Below are positions 27,779 to 36,630 of a stretch of 39,166 bases of DNA, one piece after another. Both the position numbers and the translations under genes were made by a program. The first letter of the stretch is position 1. The number at the start of each line of letters is the position of its first letter. Under the pieces are notes generated by a model that saw nothing but the letters and a program-made list of their open reading frames with translations, made no database searches and was not told where the DNA came from. Source of the stretch: an uncultured archaeon (GTDB lineage Archaea; Asgardarchaeota; Lokiarchaeia; Sigyniarchaeales; SOKP01); NCBI GenBank assembly GCA_964632315.1, contig CAZWEM010000046.1:1-39166 (forward strand). The letters are read 5' to 3'.

Positions 27779-29848
27779 ATGAAAAGAAACAATTTAAAAA
27801 TCATTAAAGCGGTCTTAGCAATATTTATTTTACTGATAATTCCAACGATTATTGCTATCATTCCTAGGTCTTCTGAAATGCGGAGGAGATGGGTGAATGA
27901 CTTACCGGATTCATACCATCTAAGCGACATCATTAATGCTACGATGGGCTATGAAGAACGGAAAAACGTTTACTTAGAAGATAGTAATAAAAGCAATGGA
28001 TTTTATGCTCAATCTACTAGGATTTACTTAAATGGTTCGGTGAATGAAGTTCCTTTTTCAGAAGCTTTGAATAAAATTAATAATAGAGAAGATACAGCAG
28101 ACTTTAGAATGGCAAGCTTATTGCGAATGATGTACCTTGATAATATAACTGGTGTTTTAGATCCCACCTTTAAATTGGAATTAAAAAATGCGATTCTCAA
28201 TTTTAAATACTGGTTCACGGAACCAGGACCATCTGATATGATAATGTGGACAGAAAACCACATGATCTTGTTTCGATCTTGTGAATTACTTGCTGGACAG
28301 CTATATCCAGATGAAATATTTCCAAATTCTGGAATGAATGGCACACAACATGTTCAACATGCATTACCAAAAATTAATCAATGGATTGAATGGAGATCGC
28401 GTTTTGGATTTTCAGAATGGCACTCTGATGTCTATTATGAAGAAGATTTAGCAGCTTTACTAAATATAGTTGAATTCGCTCAAGATAATGCCACTGCTAC
28501 TAAAGCTGCAATGTTAGTTGACCTATTCGCATTTGATTTTGCTAATCATTATTTTAATGGAACATATGCTACAACGAATGGTAGAACGTATGATGACAAG
28601 AAAGTTGGAACTAGTCTTATCAATCTTCCCTCTCGAGCCTCTTTTGCTGAAACTGCTTGGATACTTCTCGGTTTAGGATATCATGATCCAAATGCGGGTA
28701 ATAGCATGGCAGCAGTAGCACTTTCAACGAGTAATAAATATACACCCCCACCAATTTTAGAAGCAATAGCAAATGCAACCTTAGATTATCATGAAAGTAA
28801 AGATAGAAATAGTATTAATATAGCAGATGGTCCTGATTATGGATTTGGATATGAATCTGAGAATGATATGATGTTTTGGTGGCCCATGTCAGCAGTTTTT
28901 AGCAGCGAAACGATTGAACCTTCTCTCAATCTTACAGAATATTATAATCTGGGATATAACACGGTATTCAATGATGAAATGCTAGTTGATTTGCTAAAAG
29001 TTGCTGCAGATCTTTATGGTATGAGCTTGCCAGAAGTATGTGCTTTTATTAAAGAAGCAACACAGGGTGCCGTTCTTGAGGAAACAAATACATATACATA
29101 TCGCACCCCCTATTATCAGCTTTCAGGCGCCCAAGATCATCAGAAAGGTATGGCAGGATATCAAGAATATATATGGCAAGCTTCTTTAGATGAATATGCT
29201 TACATTTTTACGAATTCGTACGGTGGATTTCGTTTTGAGGATTATGTTGGAGGCTTTAAACCCCGTGCGACTCTATATAAGAATTTAGGAGTGATAGAAT
29301 ATGATCGCTTGTCTCAGCCCTTGTTAATGGAAATAGTATATCTAATATTAGGATTTGACCCCTACATACAAACTTATTTCCCCCGTTGGGCATTTGATGA
29401 AGTAATCCAGCAAGATAAATGGATTTTTGGCAGGAGATTGAATAGTTACGTCGGATTATATTCAGATGAACCAATAACTTGGGAGAGTAATTATGAACTT
29501 AGAACATTTGGAAGAAAGAACGCGTACATTGTAGAATTAGGCAGTATCGAAGATTATGGGACGTTTGATAACTTTACTACCTCATTGTCAGAAACAAGAG
29601 TTGATGTTCGCCATTTGGCTGTTGGGTATGACATCCAATATCTATCTCCTACAAGAGGTTTGGTAAAAGTTGCATGGAACGGTCCAATGACTGTGGCTGG
29701 GGAAGAAGTAGATTTAGGACCATATCCTAAATTTGAAAATGAATTCTGCATTCAAGCATTTAATACGCTTAGGACCACTATAGAGCATGGAAACATGAAG
29801 CTAGTATTAGATTTTGAAAATGCAACGAGAGCATATACAGAATTATAA
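27779..29848 (+). CDS. Membrane-anchored/secreted hypothetical protein, possibly heparinase II/III-like lyase architecture
   Basis: N-terminal TM; WTENHMILF, ELLAGQLYPD, GFSEWHSDVYYEED, QEYIWQASL; helical N-half and beta-rich C-half; many N-x-S/T sequons. Confidence 0.7.
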   Translation: MKRNNLKIIKAVLAIFILLIIPTIIAIIPRSSEMRRRWVNDLPDSYHLSDIINATMGYEERKNVYLEDSNKSNGFYAQSTRIYLNGSVNEVPFSEALNKINNREDTADFRMASLLRMMYLDNITGVLDPTFKLELKNAILNFKYWFTEPGPSDMIMWTENHMILFRSCELLAGQLYPDEIFPNSGMNGTQHVQHALPKINQWIEWRSRFGFSEWHSDVYYEEDLAALLNIVEFAQDNATATKAAMLVDLFAFDFANHYFNGTYATTNGRTYDDKKVGTSLINLPSRASFAETAWILLGLGYHDPNAGNSMAAVALSTSNKYTPPPILEAIANATLDYHESKDRNSINIADGPDYGFGYESENDMMFWWPMSAVFSSETIEPSLNLTEYYNLGYNTVFNDEMLVDLLKVAADLYGMSLPEVCAFIKEATQGAVLEETNTYTYRTPYYQLSGAQDHQKGMAGYQEYIWQASLDEYAYIFTNSYGGFRFEDYVGGFKPRATLYKNLGVIEYDRLSQPLLMEIVYLILGFDPYIQTYFPRWAFDEVIQQDKWIFGRRLNSYVGLYSDEPITWESNYELRTFGRKNAYIVELGSIEDYGTFDNFTTSLSETRVDVRHLAVGYDIQYLSPTRGLVKVAWNGPMTVAGEEVDLGPYPKFENEFCIQAFNTLRTTIEHGNMKLVLDFENATRAYTEL

Positions 29849-29850
29849 TT

Positions 29851-30726
29851 GTGGTGATGAAAATTAAAAGAAAAGATTATGTGTATGGAATGAAACCTTA
29901 TGGCTGGATAAAAGGAAGTGTGTTAACCTTTTTAGGTTTATTATTAACTCGTTGGGGTATTGGAAACGGGAGAGTGACCTTTAACATATATTTCGGTTTA
30001 CCGATTTACTTTCTTATTGCGAGTTCTACACTGCTAGTTTCACTGGTTCTTAAGATAGAAAACGGGGAAAGATTTCAGCAAGCAATAAAAAAATTAAATG
30101 TATCTATCATTATCTTGTTTTCTTTAGGATTTGGGACTTCAATTTACTATACAATATTGTATAATTTAGGATTGCTGAATTTATTTATTTTAGCAATAAT
30201 CGGTGCGGTATTGATTCTATCGGCTTTTTTCGGCAGAGATTGGAGTTATAAATCATATTTAGCGAATATCCTGATTAGTTTAGCAATTTCATTAGGTTTG
30301 ATATATGGAGCTGCTCTCAATACAATGATGATACCACTTTCAGTATTTCTCTTCTTCGGTATTATCTTTCTCTTACAATTTTCAAAAGATTTAATCAATG
30401 AAAGCAAGAATGAAGAAAAATATAAAAATGCTGGTGCAGATTCCTTAGCACTTACATTAGGGGCAAAAAAGACTCAAATAATATCTTTCACATCAGATTT
30501 AATCATTATATTATTTATGATTCTTCCAATCATATTAAACTCTGCTCTAATACATAGTCTACTACTTTATATCGTGTCGATGATCATAACGGTGATTATA
30601 ATTGGATTAGCTACTGCTCTAACCTTTTTGATGAAAGCAGAGAAAACTTACTATCGATTAGTTAAGAACTTGTTAAAACTAGGTATGTTTTTTGTATTTA
30701 CGTCGATATTCTTAGCTAGCTTTTAA
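29851..30726 (+). CDS. Divergent UbiA-family prenyltransferase-like membrane protein
   Basis: Multi-TM; KSYLANILIS, IYGAA, SKDLINESKNEEKYKNAGADSLALTLG aligning to the UbiA second motif; C-terminal LLKLGM as in DGGGP synthases. Confidence 0.7.
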   Translation: MVMKIKRKDYVYGMKPYGWIKGSVLTFLGLLLTRWGIGNGRVTFNIYFGLPIYFLIASSTLLVSLVLKIENGERFQQAIKKLNVSIIILFSLGFGTSIYYTILYNLGLLNLFILAIIGAVLILSAFFGRDWSYKSYLANILISLAISLGLIYGAALNTMMIPLSVFLFFGIIFLLQFSKDLINESKNEEKYKNAGADSLALTLGAKKTQIISFTSDLIIILFMILPIILNSALIHSLLLYIVSMIITVIIIGLATALTFLMKAEKTYYRLVKNLLKLGMFFVFTSIFLASF

Positions 30727-30737
30727 AGATCCTTTTA

Positions 30738-31976
30738 TTATTTACTTAATTTTCTTTTTCTTATATTTCGCTCTAGATCTTCGGGTTCTATTGTCATCTT
30801 TTCTCCACTTAATAATGCAGATACTCCAATTTGCTTTTCACAATCTTCGCAATGACAACTTGGTGAGTAATCAGTAGGTTCTTGATAAGTAGTAATTACA
30901 CCTTCAAAATTTCTCAGTACTACTCGACTATTTCCTTGAGATATGGTATAATCAGGCATAACTGGTATTTTTCCCCCTCCACCAGGTGCATCTACTACGA
31001 AGGTTGGCACGCAAAGCCCAGAAGTATGTCCCCGTAGGCCCTCAATGATTTCAATTCCTTGAGCAACGCTCGTACGAAAATGTCCAAGGCCAATTGACAA
31101 ATCACACTGATATATATAATAGGGGCGTACCCGGATTTTTACTAACTCATGAACCAGTTTTCTCATGACATGAATACAATCATTCACACCACGGAGTAAT
31201 ACCGATTGATTACCCAAAGGAATACCAACATCAGCTAACATTGCACAAGCGCGTGTTGATTCTTTAGTAATTTCGTTTGGATGATTAAAGTGCGTGTTAA
31301 ACCATATAGGATGATATTTTTTGAGCATTTCACACAATTCTGGAGTAATTCTCTGGGGCATTACAACGGGTGATCTAGAACCAAGCCGTACGATTTCCAC
31401 GTGAGGTATTTCTTTTAACTTAATTAAAATCTGTTCGAGTATATTGTCTGAAATTAGCATGGCATCTCCCCCAGATAAGAGAACATCCCTAATTTGAGAA
31501 TTCTCTCGAATATAAGCTAGCGCATTATCTATTTGAGATTGTGGTGGTGCCTTATCATGATGTCCAGCAAATCGTCTTCTTGTACAATGTCTACAATACA
31601 TCGAGCAATTTTCTGTGACTAAAAATAATACTCTATCAGGATAACGATGAGTTAATCCAGGAACAGGGGAATCTACATCTTCATGCAAGGGATCTTTTAG
31701 ATCTCCAGGATATTTTTTTAATTCATGAACAGTTGGGACAGCTTGCTTCCTAATAGGGTCATATGGGTCATGAGGATCAATCAAGCTTAGATAATATGGC
31801 GTGATTGCCATTCTAAGTGTTTCTAGGATTTTAGGATCGTCTTCTTCTTTCGTTAATGGGAGGTATTGTTTAAGTTCTTCAAGAGTGGTGATTCTATTCT
31901 TAAATTGCCATTTCCAGTTAGTCCATGCATCATCAGGAACATCTCCAAATATTTCCATTCGTCTATTTACTCTCAT
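30738..31976 (-). CDS. kamA: Lysine 2,3-aminomutase (radical SAM, PLP)
   Basis: WTNWKWQ, DPLHED, LTHRYPDR, CSMYCRHCTRRR, LLSGGD, PYYIYQCD, DAPGGGGK, C-terminal Zn site CHCEDC. Confidence 0.97.
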   Translation of the reverse strand: MRVNRRMEIFGDVPDDAWTNWKWQFKNRITTLEELKQYLPLTKEEDDPKILETLRMAITPYYLSLIDPHDPYDPIRKQAVPTVHELKKYPGDLKDPLHEDVDSPVPGLTHRYPDRVLFLVTENCSMYCRHCTRRRFAGHHDKAPPQSQIDNALAYIRENSQIRDVLLSGGDAMLISDNILEQILIKLKEIPHVEIVRLGSRSPVVMPQRITPELCEMLKKYHPIWFNTHFNHPNEITKESTRACAMLADVGIPLGNQSVLLRGVNDCIHVMRKLVHELVKIRVRPYYIYQCDLSIGLGHFRTSVAQGIEIIEGLRGHTSGLCVPTFVVDAPGGGGKIPVMPDYTISQGNSRVVLRNFEGVITTYQEPTDYSPSCHCEDCEKQIGVSALLSGEKMTIEPEDLERNIRKRKLSK

Positions 31977-32035
31977 GGTTCAAGTTTAATTTGTCATTTA
32001 TTTTAAATAAGGATTCTCATTTGTTGAGAACACCG

Positions 32036-32051
32036 TGGGAGAATTTCCCCA
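32036..32051. promoter_or_regulatory. TGGG-N8-CCC putative operator upstream of kamA, in the divergent kamA/MFS intergenic region
   Basis: TGGGAGAATTTCCCCA, ~60 nt upstream of the kamA ATG. Confidence 0.6.
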
Positions 32052-32157
32052 TTTATTTTAAAGTGCAATCATTTTACCTTTTTCCTAACTAAAGTTTTAT
32101 AATTACTAAAAGCAAATTTTGAATAGTCAATTACAAATTACATGAAGTTTACGAAAT

Positions 32158-33546
32158 ATGAATGAAACAAGAGAAAAAACACATGGTTTTTTGGAAATAA
32201 ATTCTTATAGTATTTCACAAGGTCTGATTAACTTCAATGTGGGAGCGTTTGGTGCGTACGTCTTCTTTTTTTATGAAACATAAATCCAACTGAATGTAAT
32301 ATTACTCGGGATCTTATTTGTAACATACAGTATATGGGATGCCATAAATGAACCACTTCTTGGTAATATAACTGACAGGCCCTTTAAATTCACTAAAAAA
32401 TGGGGCCGCAGGCTCCCTTGGGTCATTGCAGGTGTCTTTCCTTGGGCAATATTGTACATATTCATCTTTACCCCTCCAAATGTTAATTCTTCATCTATGG
32501 GAATCATCATTTTCATTTATATATTAATAGTACTTGTCGCTTTTGATGGTTTCTATACATTATGGAGTGTAAATAGCGAAGCACTTTTTCCTTTTAAATT
32601 CAGGGATATGAGAGAACGTAGGAAAGTATCTGGAATGAAGGGTTTGTGGGGTGTCATTGGTTTAGTTCTTGGTTTAGTCGTTCCCCCACTAATAGTAGAA
32701 TACGGACAAATAGAGACATACGTAATGCAAGCAATTCTTCTTGCGATAATAACAATTATAGCCGGAGTTCTAATGCTTCCTGGACATCGAGAGGATAAAA
32801 TAATGGTGCAAGACTACTTAAATTCTGCACCACGAAAAACTGGTCTTACATTTTTCAAGGACTTTTTCCAAGCAATTAAAAAGAAAAATTTCATGCTATG
32901 GGGTTTCTTGCATTTTATGTATACATTATTGACGGGATTGTTAATTGTTTCATTAAACTATTTTATTAAGTATAATCTTAGAGGTGAAGCTGAGGATTTA
33001 ATATTGGGCATGTCAGGCTATCTTATAGTCAGTATAATATCCATTCCTTTATGGATAAGGGTGGCGAATAAATTAAACAATAATAAGCTCATGGTATCTA
33101 TAGGTGCATTTTCAATGGCTATTGCAACCGGTTTACTATTTTTCGCAACTTCAATAATCACATTGCTAGTTCTCGGTTGTTTCGTTGGTTTGACAGGAGC
33201 CATCTTTTTCGTAATGCAAGATACAATCAACGGTGATGTATTAGATGAGATGGCTATTTTAGATGGAGAACGACTAGAAGCTACTTATTTAGGAATCAAA
33301 TTCTTTATAGGTCGTTTAGCAAACGTTATCCAGTTCTTAGTACTGATTATTGTTCACATACTTACTAATTTTATGCCCGATATAGATAATCAAGCATTTT
33401 CAGCACTGATTGGAATTCGTTTACATTTATCAGTCATACCAGCAATCGCTTTATTGATAGGCAGCTTGGTGTTTTACAAATGGTATGATATTACCCCTCA
33501 GAAATCAGAAGGAATACAACAAAAAATTAGAGAATTAGGTTTTTAA
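32158..33546 (+). pseudogene. GPH/MelB-type MFS transporter interrupted by one in-frame TAA at 32281-32283
   Basis: ATG 32158 reads MNETREK..YVFFFYET*IQLNV..YSIWDAINEPLLGNITDRPFKFTKKWGRRLPW, in frame with ORF 32452..33546; GPH motifs WDAINEP and GRRLPW. Confidence 0.85.
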
Positions 33547-33556
33547 TTAAATTTCA

Positions 33557-33576
33557 CTTATTTTTTTTATTTTTTA
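33557..33576 (+). terminator. T-tract terminator after the MFS gene
   Basis: TTTTTTTTATTTTTT downstream of the stop codon. Confidence 0.5.
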
Positions 33577-33628
33577 TAAATCTGAATTCTCATAAAATTA
33601 AATTTCAAGGAGAGTAACACCATATTTT

Positions 33629-34666
33629 TTAAAGATATTTCATTTCAAAGATATTTCTTAACTTTTTGGAGTCTCGCAACAAATCTAAAGTTATTTGAGT
33701 ATGGTTTTTAGTATAACCATTTCCGATGATCATCGTGACATCTTTTCCCACCCCCTCAGCCCCCAGAGCTGCTTTTGTAAAGCTGGTAGCCATAGAAAAG
33801 AAATATACGATACCACCATTACGAGTGGGTAAAATTGAGGATAATTCTGTATTAGGAATGCTTAGACAATTAATTGTTATATCCACCTCGTTTCCATTTA
33901 GTGTCTCATGAATCTTATCCAAAACATCGATTGGATCCAACACATCCGCGATTATAGTCTTATCACAAAAATTAGTACTCTCAAGAAAATCTTTGCGTTT
34001 CTCATTTCTTGCTTGTCCAATTACGAGTCCTTCAGAACCAATCATTTCTTTTGCCTTACAACAACACATCAATCCAGACTTTCCCGTTGCTCCCAATATT
34101 AAAATATTATCTCCAGGTTTAACTAATTTTTGTACTTGAGCAGGTGCTCCCGCTACATCAAGAGCTGCTAAAGCAAGAGTTTCCTCCAGATCTGAAGGAA
34201 TTTTAGCATAGATACCGCTCTCGAAAAGGATTGCTTTCCCGTCAATTTCAACTCGTTCAATATCAGGATTAATTTTCTTAATCATATTGATTTTAAGTGG
34301 TGTTAATGATAATGATACGAGTGTGGCTACTTTATCACCTACTTTTAAATCAGTTGAATCGATTAATTTATTCCCAATTTGTTGAACCGTCCCAATTAGC
34401 ATACCACCTGATCCTGTTACTGGGTTTTGCATTTTTCCCCTTTCTTTAACGATTTTCATTATCATAAACTTTACAACTTCAATATTACCTTGAGCTTCTC
34501 CTAATAATTGAGTAAAACTTGCAGAATCGATGTTTAAGTAATCAACATCAATTAAAATCTCATTATCGTAGATTTCCATATCATTCGAAATCTTTAATGC
34601 TGGTTGAGGTAAAGAACCTTTAGGTTCAATAACTCTATGAGTTCCATACGGGTTACCTTTTTTCAT
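33629..34666 (-). CDS. kdd: L-erythro-3,5-diaminohexanoate dehydrogenase
   Basis: YGTHRVIEPKGSLPQPA, LNIDSASFTQ, RGKMQNPVTGSGGML, LDVAGAPAQ, FFSMATSFTKAALGAEG, IGNGY. Confidence 0.93.
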   Translation of the reverse strand: MKKGNPYGTHRVIEPKGSLPQPALKISNDMEIYDNEILIDVDYLNIDSASFTQLLGEAQGNIEVVKFMIMKIVKERGKMQNPVTGSGGMLIGTVQQIGNKLIDSTDLKVGDKVATLVSLSLTPLKINMIKKINPDIERVEIDGKAILFESGIYAKIPSDLEETLALAALDVAGAPAQVQKLVKPGDNILILGATGKSGLMCCCKAKEMIGSEGLVIGQARNEKRKDFLESTNFCDKTIIADVLDPIDVLDKIHETLNGNEVDITINCLSIPNTELSSILPTRNGGIVYFFSMATSFTKAALGAEGVGKDVTMIIGNGYTKNHTQITLDLLRDSKKLRNIFEMKYL

Positions 34667-34912
34667 TCCTAAATCTCCATCATGCTTAAGGATTGATAAT
34701 TACAATATTATTTAGAATAAGAATCTTTTCTACTACATCGAAAATTCTCAAAAGTGGAAAATTAATCGTAAATATAATAAAAGTTCGAACAGAAACAAGG
34801 ATTGTATTAAATAATGCATATGCAATCATTATTGATAATTAGCTAATAAGATTTATAAGCTCGACTAATCTTTTATAGTATTAACGATAAAAATCTAACA
34901 GAATTTTAATTT

Positions 34913-36622
34913 ATGAAATCCAAACAAAAGTTAGTGTTAATATTAATTTCTATTATTATCTGCTTTTTACTTCCTACGAATTTTATTAAACCTCAGAATA
35001 AAAATGTTGAACCTGATATCCATCCCTCTGTCAACGGAATTTATGGTGCTACACTTCAATATAAAGGATATTTTTTCCATAGTTTTACCTTAGATCAAAG
35101 ATTTGGAATTGATTGGTATTTTAAAAGCCATAATCCAGATATAGGTGTAAAGGTATTAGTAATGACCAAATCTAACTATCTCAAGTTTATTTTAAATAGC
35201 TCAAATTTTGATCATTATCTTGTTTCGGATGGGACATACACTTTAGATAAAGGTCATTTTGGCGTTCCCTATGAGGGAGATTGGTATTTAGTCTTTTTAA
35301 ATGATGATCCAGATATGGAATCAACTGAATTCGATAGAACAATAGGTATTTCGGCCAACCCAAATTTATTTTTCATCTTCCCGATAATATTGATTCTAAG
35401 CATCTTTATTGGAATAGGAATTATCTCTTTGATATATAAAACTAGACGCCGAAAAGTTCCAGATGGGATTTTTTTCTTTTTATGTACTATGACTGTTTTA
35501 ACCTTATTTTACTTTATGTATGGTCCAACATTAATAAATGCAATTTATTATGAGGGAATAAAGTATCCAAAAAATGAGACTTTGGGTATATGGATTAATT
35601 CAGAGGATGATTATGAAAAATATGGAATCCCCGGTTCTGGGACAGCAGAAGATCCATACATTATTGAAAATATGACTATTTTAACTTCTTCAAGTTCTGC
35701 AATAGATATAGAATACAGTTCCGATTATGTTGTTATTCGCAATAACATCTTAAGTAGCAGCTATAGAGCGATTAGCATATATAGTTTAAACAGTTCTTAT
35801 ATCAAAATAGTGAATAACACTTGTATTGGAAGTAGATCGATTCCAAATGGTTATTGCATAGATTTATTCACGCGTAAAAAGTGTTTAGGCACTCGAATTA
35901 TAAGTGATAATACAATTATTAACTATAGAGAGGGTATATATATAACTAATAGTCCAAATTCGATAATTCAAAACAATATTTTAAATAACGTGCAAATTGG
36001 AATAGAAATTTCTCATTCTGAGAAAACCGCGATTTTAAATAATAAAATTAGTTTTAAAGACAGTGATTTTTATGATGTATATGATGCAATACGAGTTACT
36101 TCAGCCAATTGTCGTATTGAAAATAATTCTCTTATTGGTTCCGGATTATATCTCTCAAATTCTGTTTTGACGAATGTAATTGTTGAAGATAATAAGGTTA
36201 ATGGAAAAAAATTAGCTTTTTTTAAAAATATGAATAATATTAATCTCACAGATTCAGATATTTACGGACAGATCTTTCTTGTAAATTGTAATAACATTAC
36301 ACTAAGAAACCAAAATTTAAGTAATGTTAACTATGCACTTAATTTATTTAATTGTAATAATAGTAGAATAAGTAACATGGGTCTAAATAACAATTTAAAT
36401 CGCGCATTTCAAATGTTTTATTGCACAAATGTTAATGTAACTAATTGTGTGTTGAAAAATAATTTAGAGGGAGCCTATGTATATGAATCTGATCTGATTG
36501 ATTTTTACCACAATTTATTTTATTACAACAATTATGGAATTTCTATTTATTTTTCAAATTGTAGCTATACTTCAAACTTTTTTATTAATAACACGGTTAA
36601 ATGGAGGGTTTTTACGAGTTAA
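34913..36622 (+). CDS. Membrane protein with NosD-like right-handed beta-helix repeats
   Basis: Signal/TM, small beta domain, two internal TMs, PGSGTAEDPYIIEN, Asn-rich PbH1 repeats, NKVNGKKL..GQIFLVNC. Confidence 0.85.
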   Translation: MKSKQKLVLILISIIICFLLPTNFIKPQNKNVEPDIHPSVNGIYGATLQYKGYFFHSFTLDQRFGIDWYFKSHNPDIGVKVLVMTKSNYLKFILNSSNFDHYLVSDGTYTLDKGHFGVPYEGDWYLVFLNDDPDMESTEFDRTIGISANPNLFFIFPIILILSIFIGIGIISLIYKTRRRKVPDGIFFFLCTMTVLTLFYFMYGPTLINAIYYEGIKYPKNETLGIWINSEDDYEKYGIPGSGTAEDPYIIENMTILTSSSSAIDIEYSSDYVVIRNNILSSSYRAISIYSLNSSYIKIVNNTCIGSRSIPNGYCIDLFTRKKCLGTRIISDNTIINYREGIYITNSPNSIIQNNILNNVQIGIEISHSEKTAILNNKISFKDSDFYDVYDAIRVTSANCRIENNSLIGSGLYLSNSVLTNVIVEDNKVNGKKLAFFKNMNNINLTDSDIYGQIFLVNCNNITLRNQNLSNVNYALNLFNCNNSRISNMGLNNNLNRAFQMFYCTNVNVTNCVLKNNLEGAYVYESDLIDFYHNLFYYNNYGISIYFSNCSYTSNFFINNTVKWRVFTS

Positions 36623-36630
36623 ACATCATT

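Noticed and set aside
1232-32283. Genome-wide stop-codon reassignment, selenocysteine or pyrrolysine
   Set aside because: Both internal stops are TAA, which ends most genes here at the expected family C-termini. No in-frame TGA or TAG at a catalytic position was seen.
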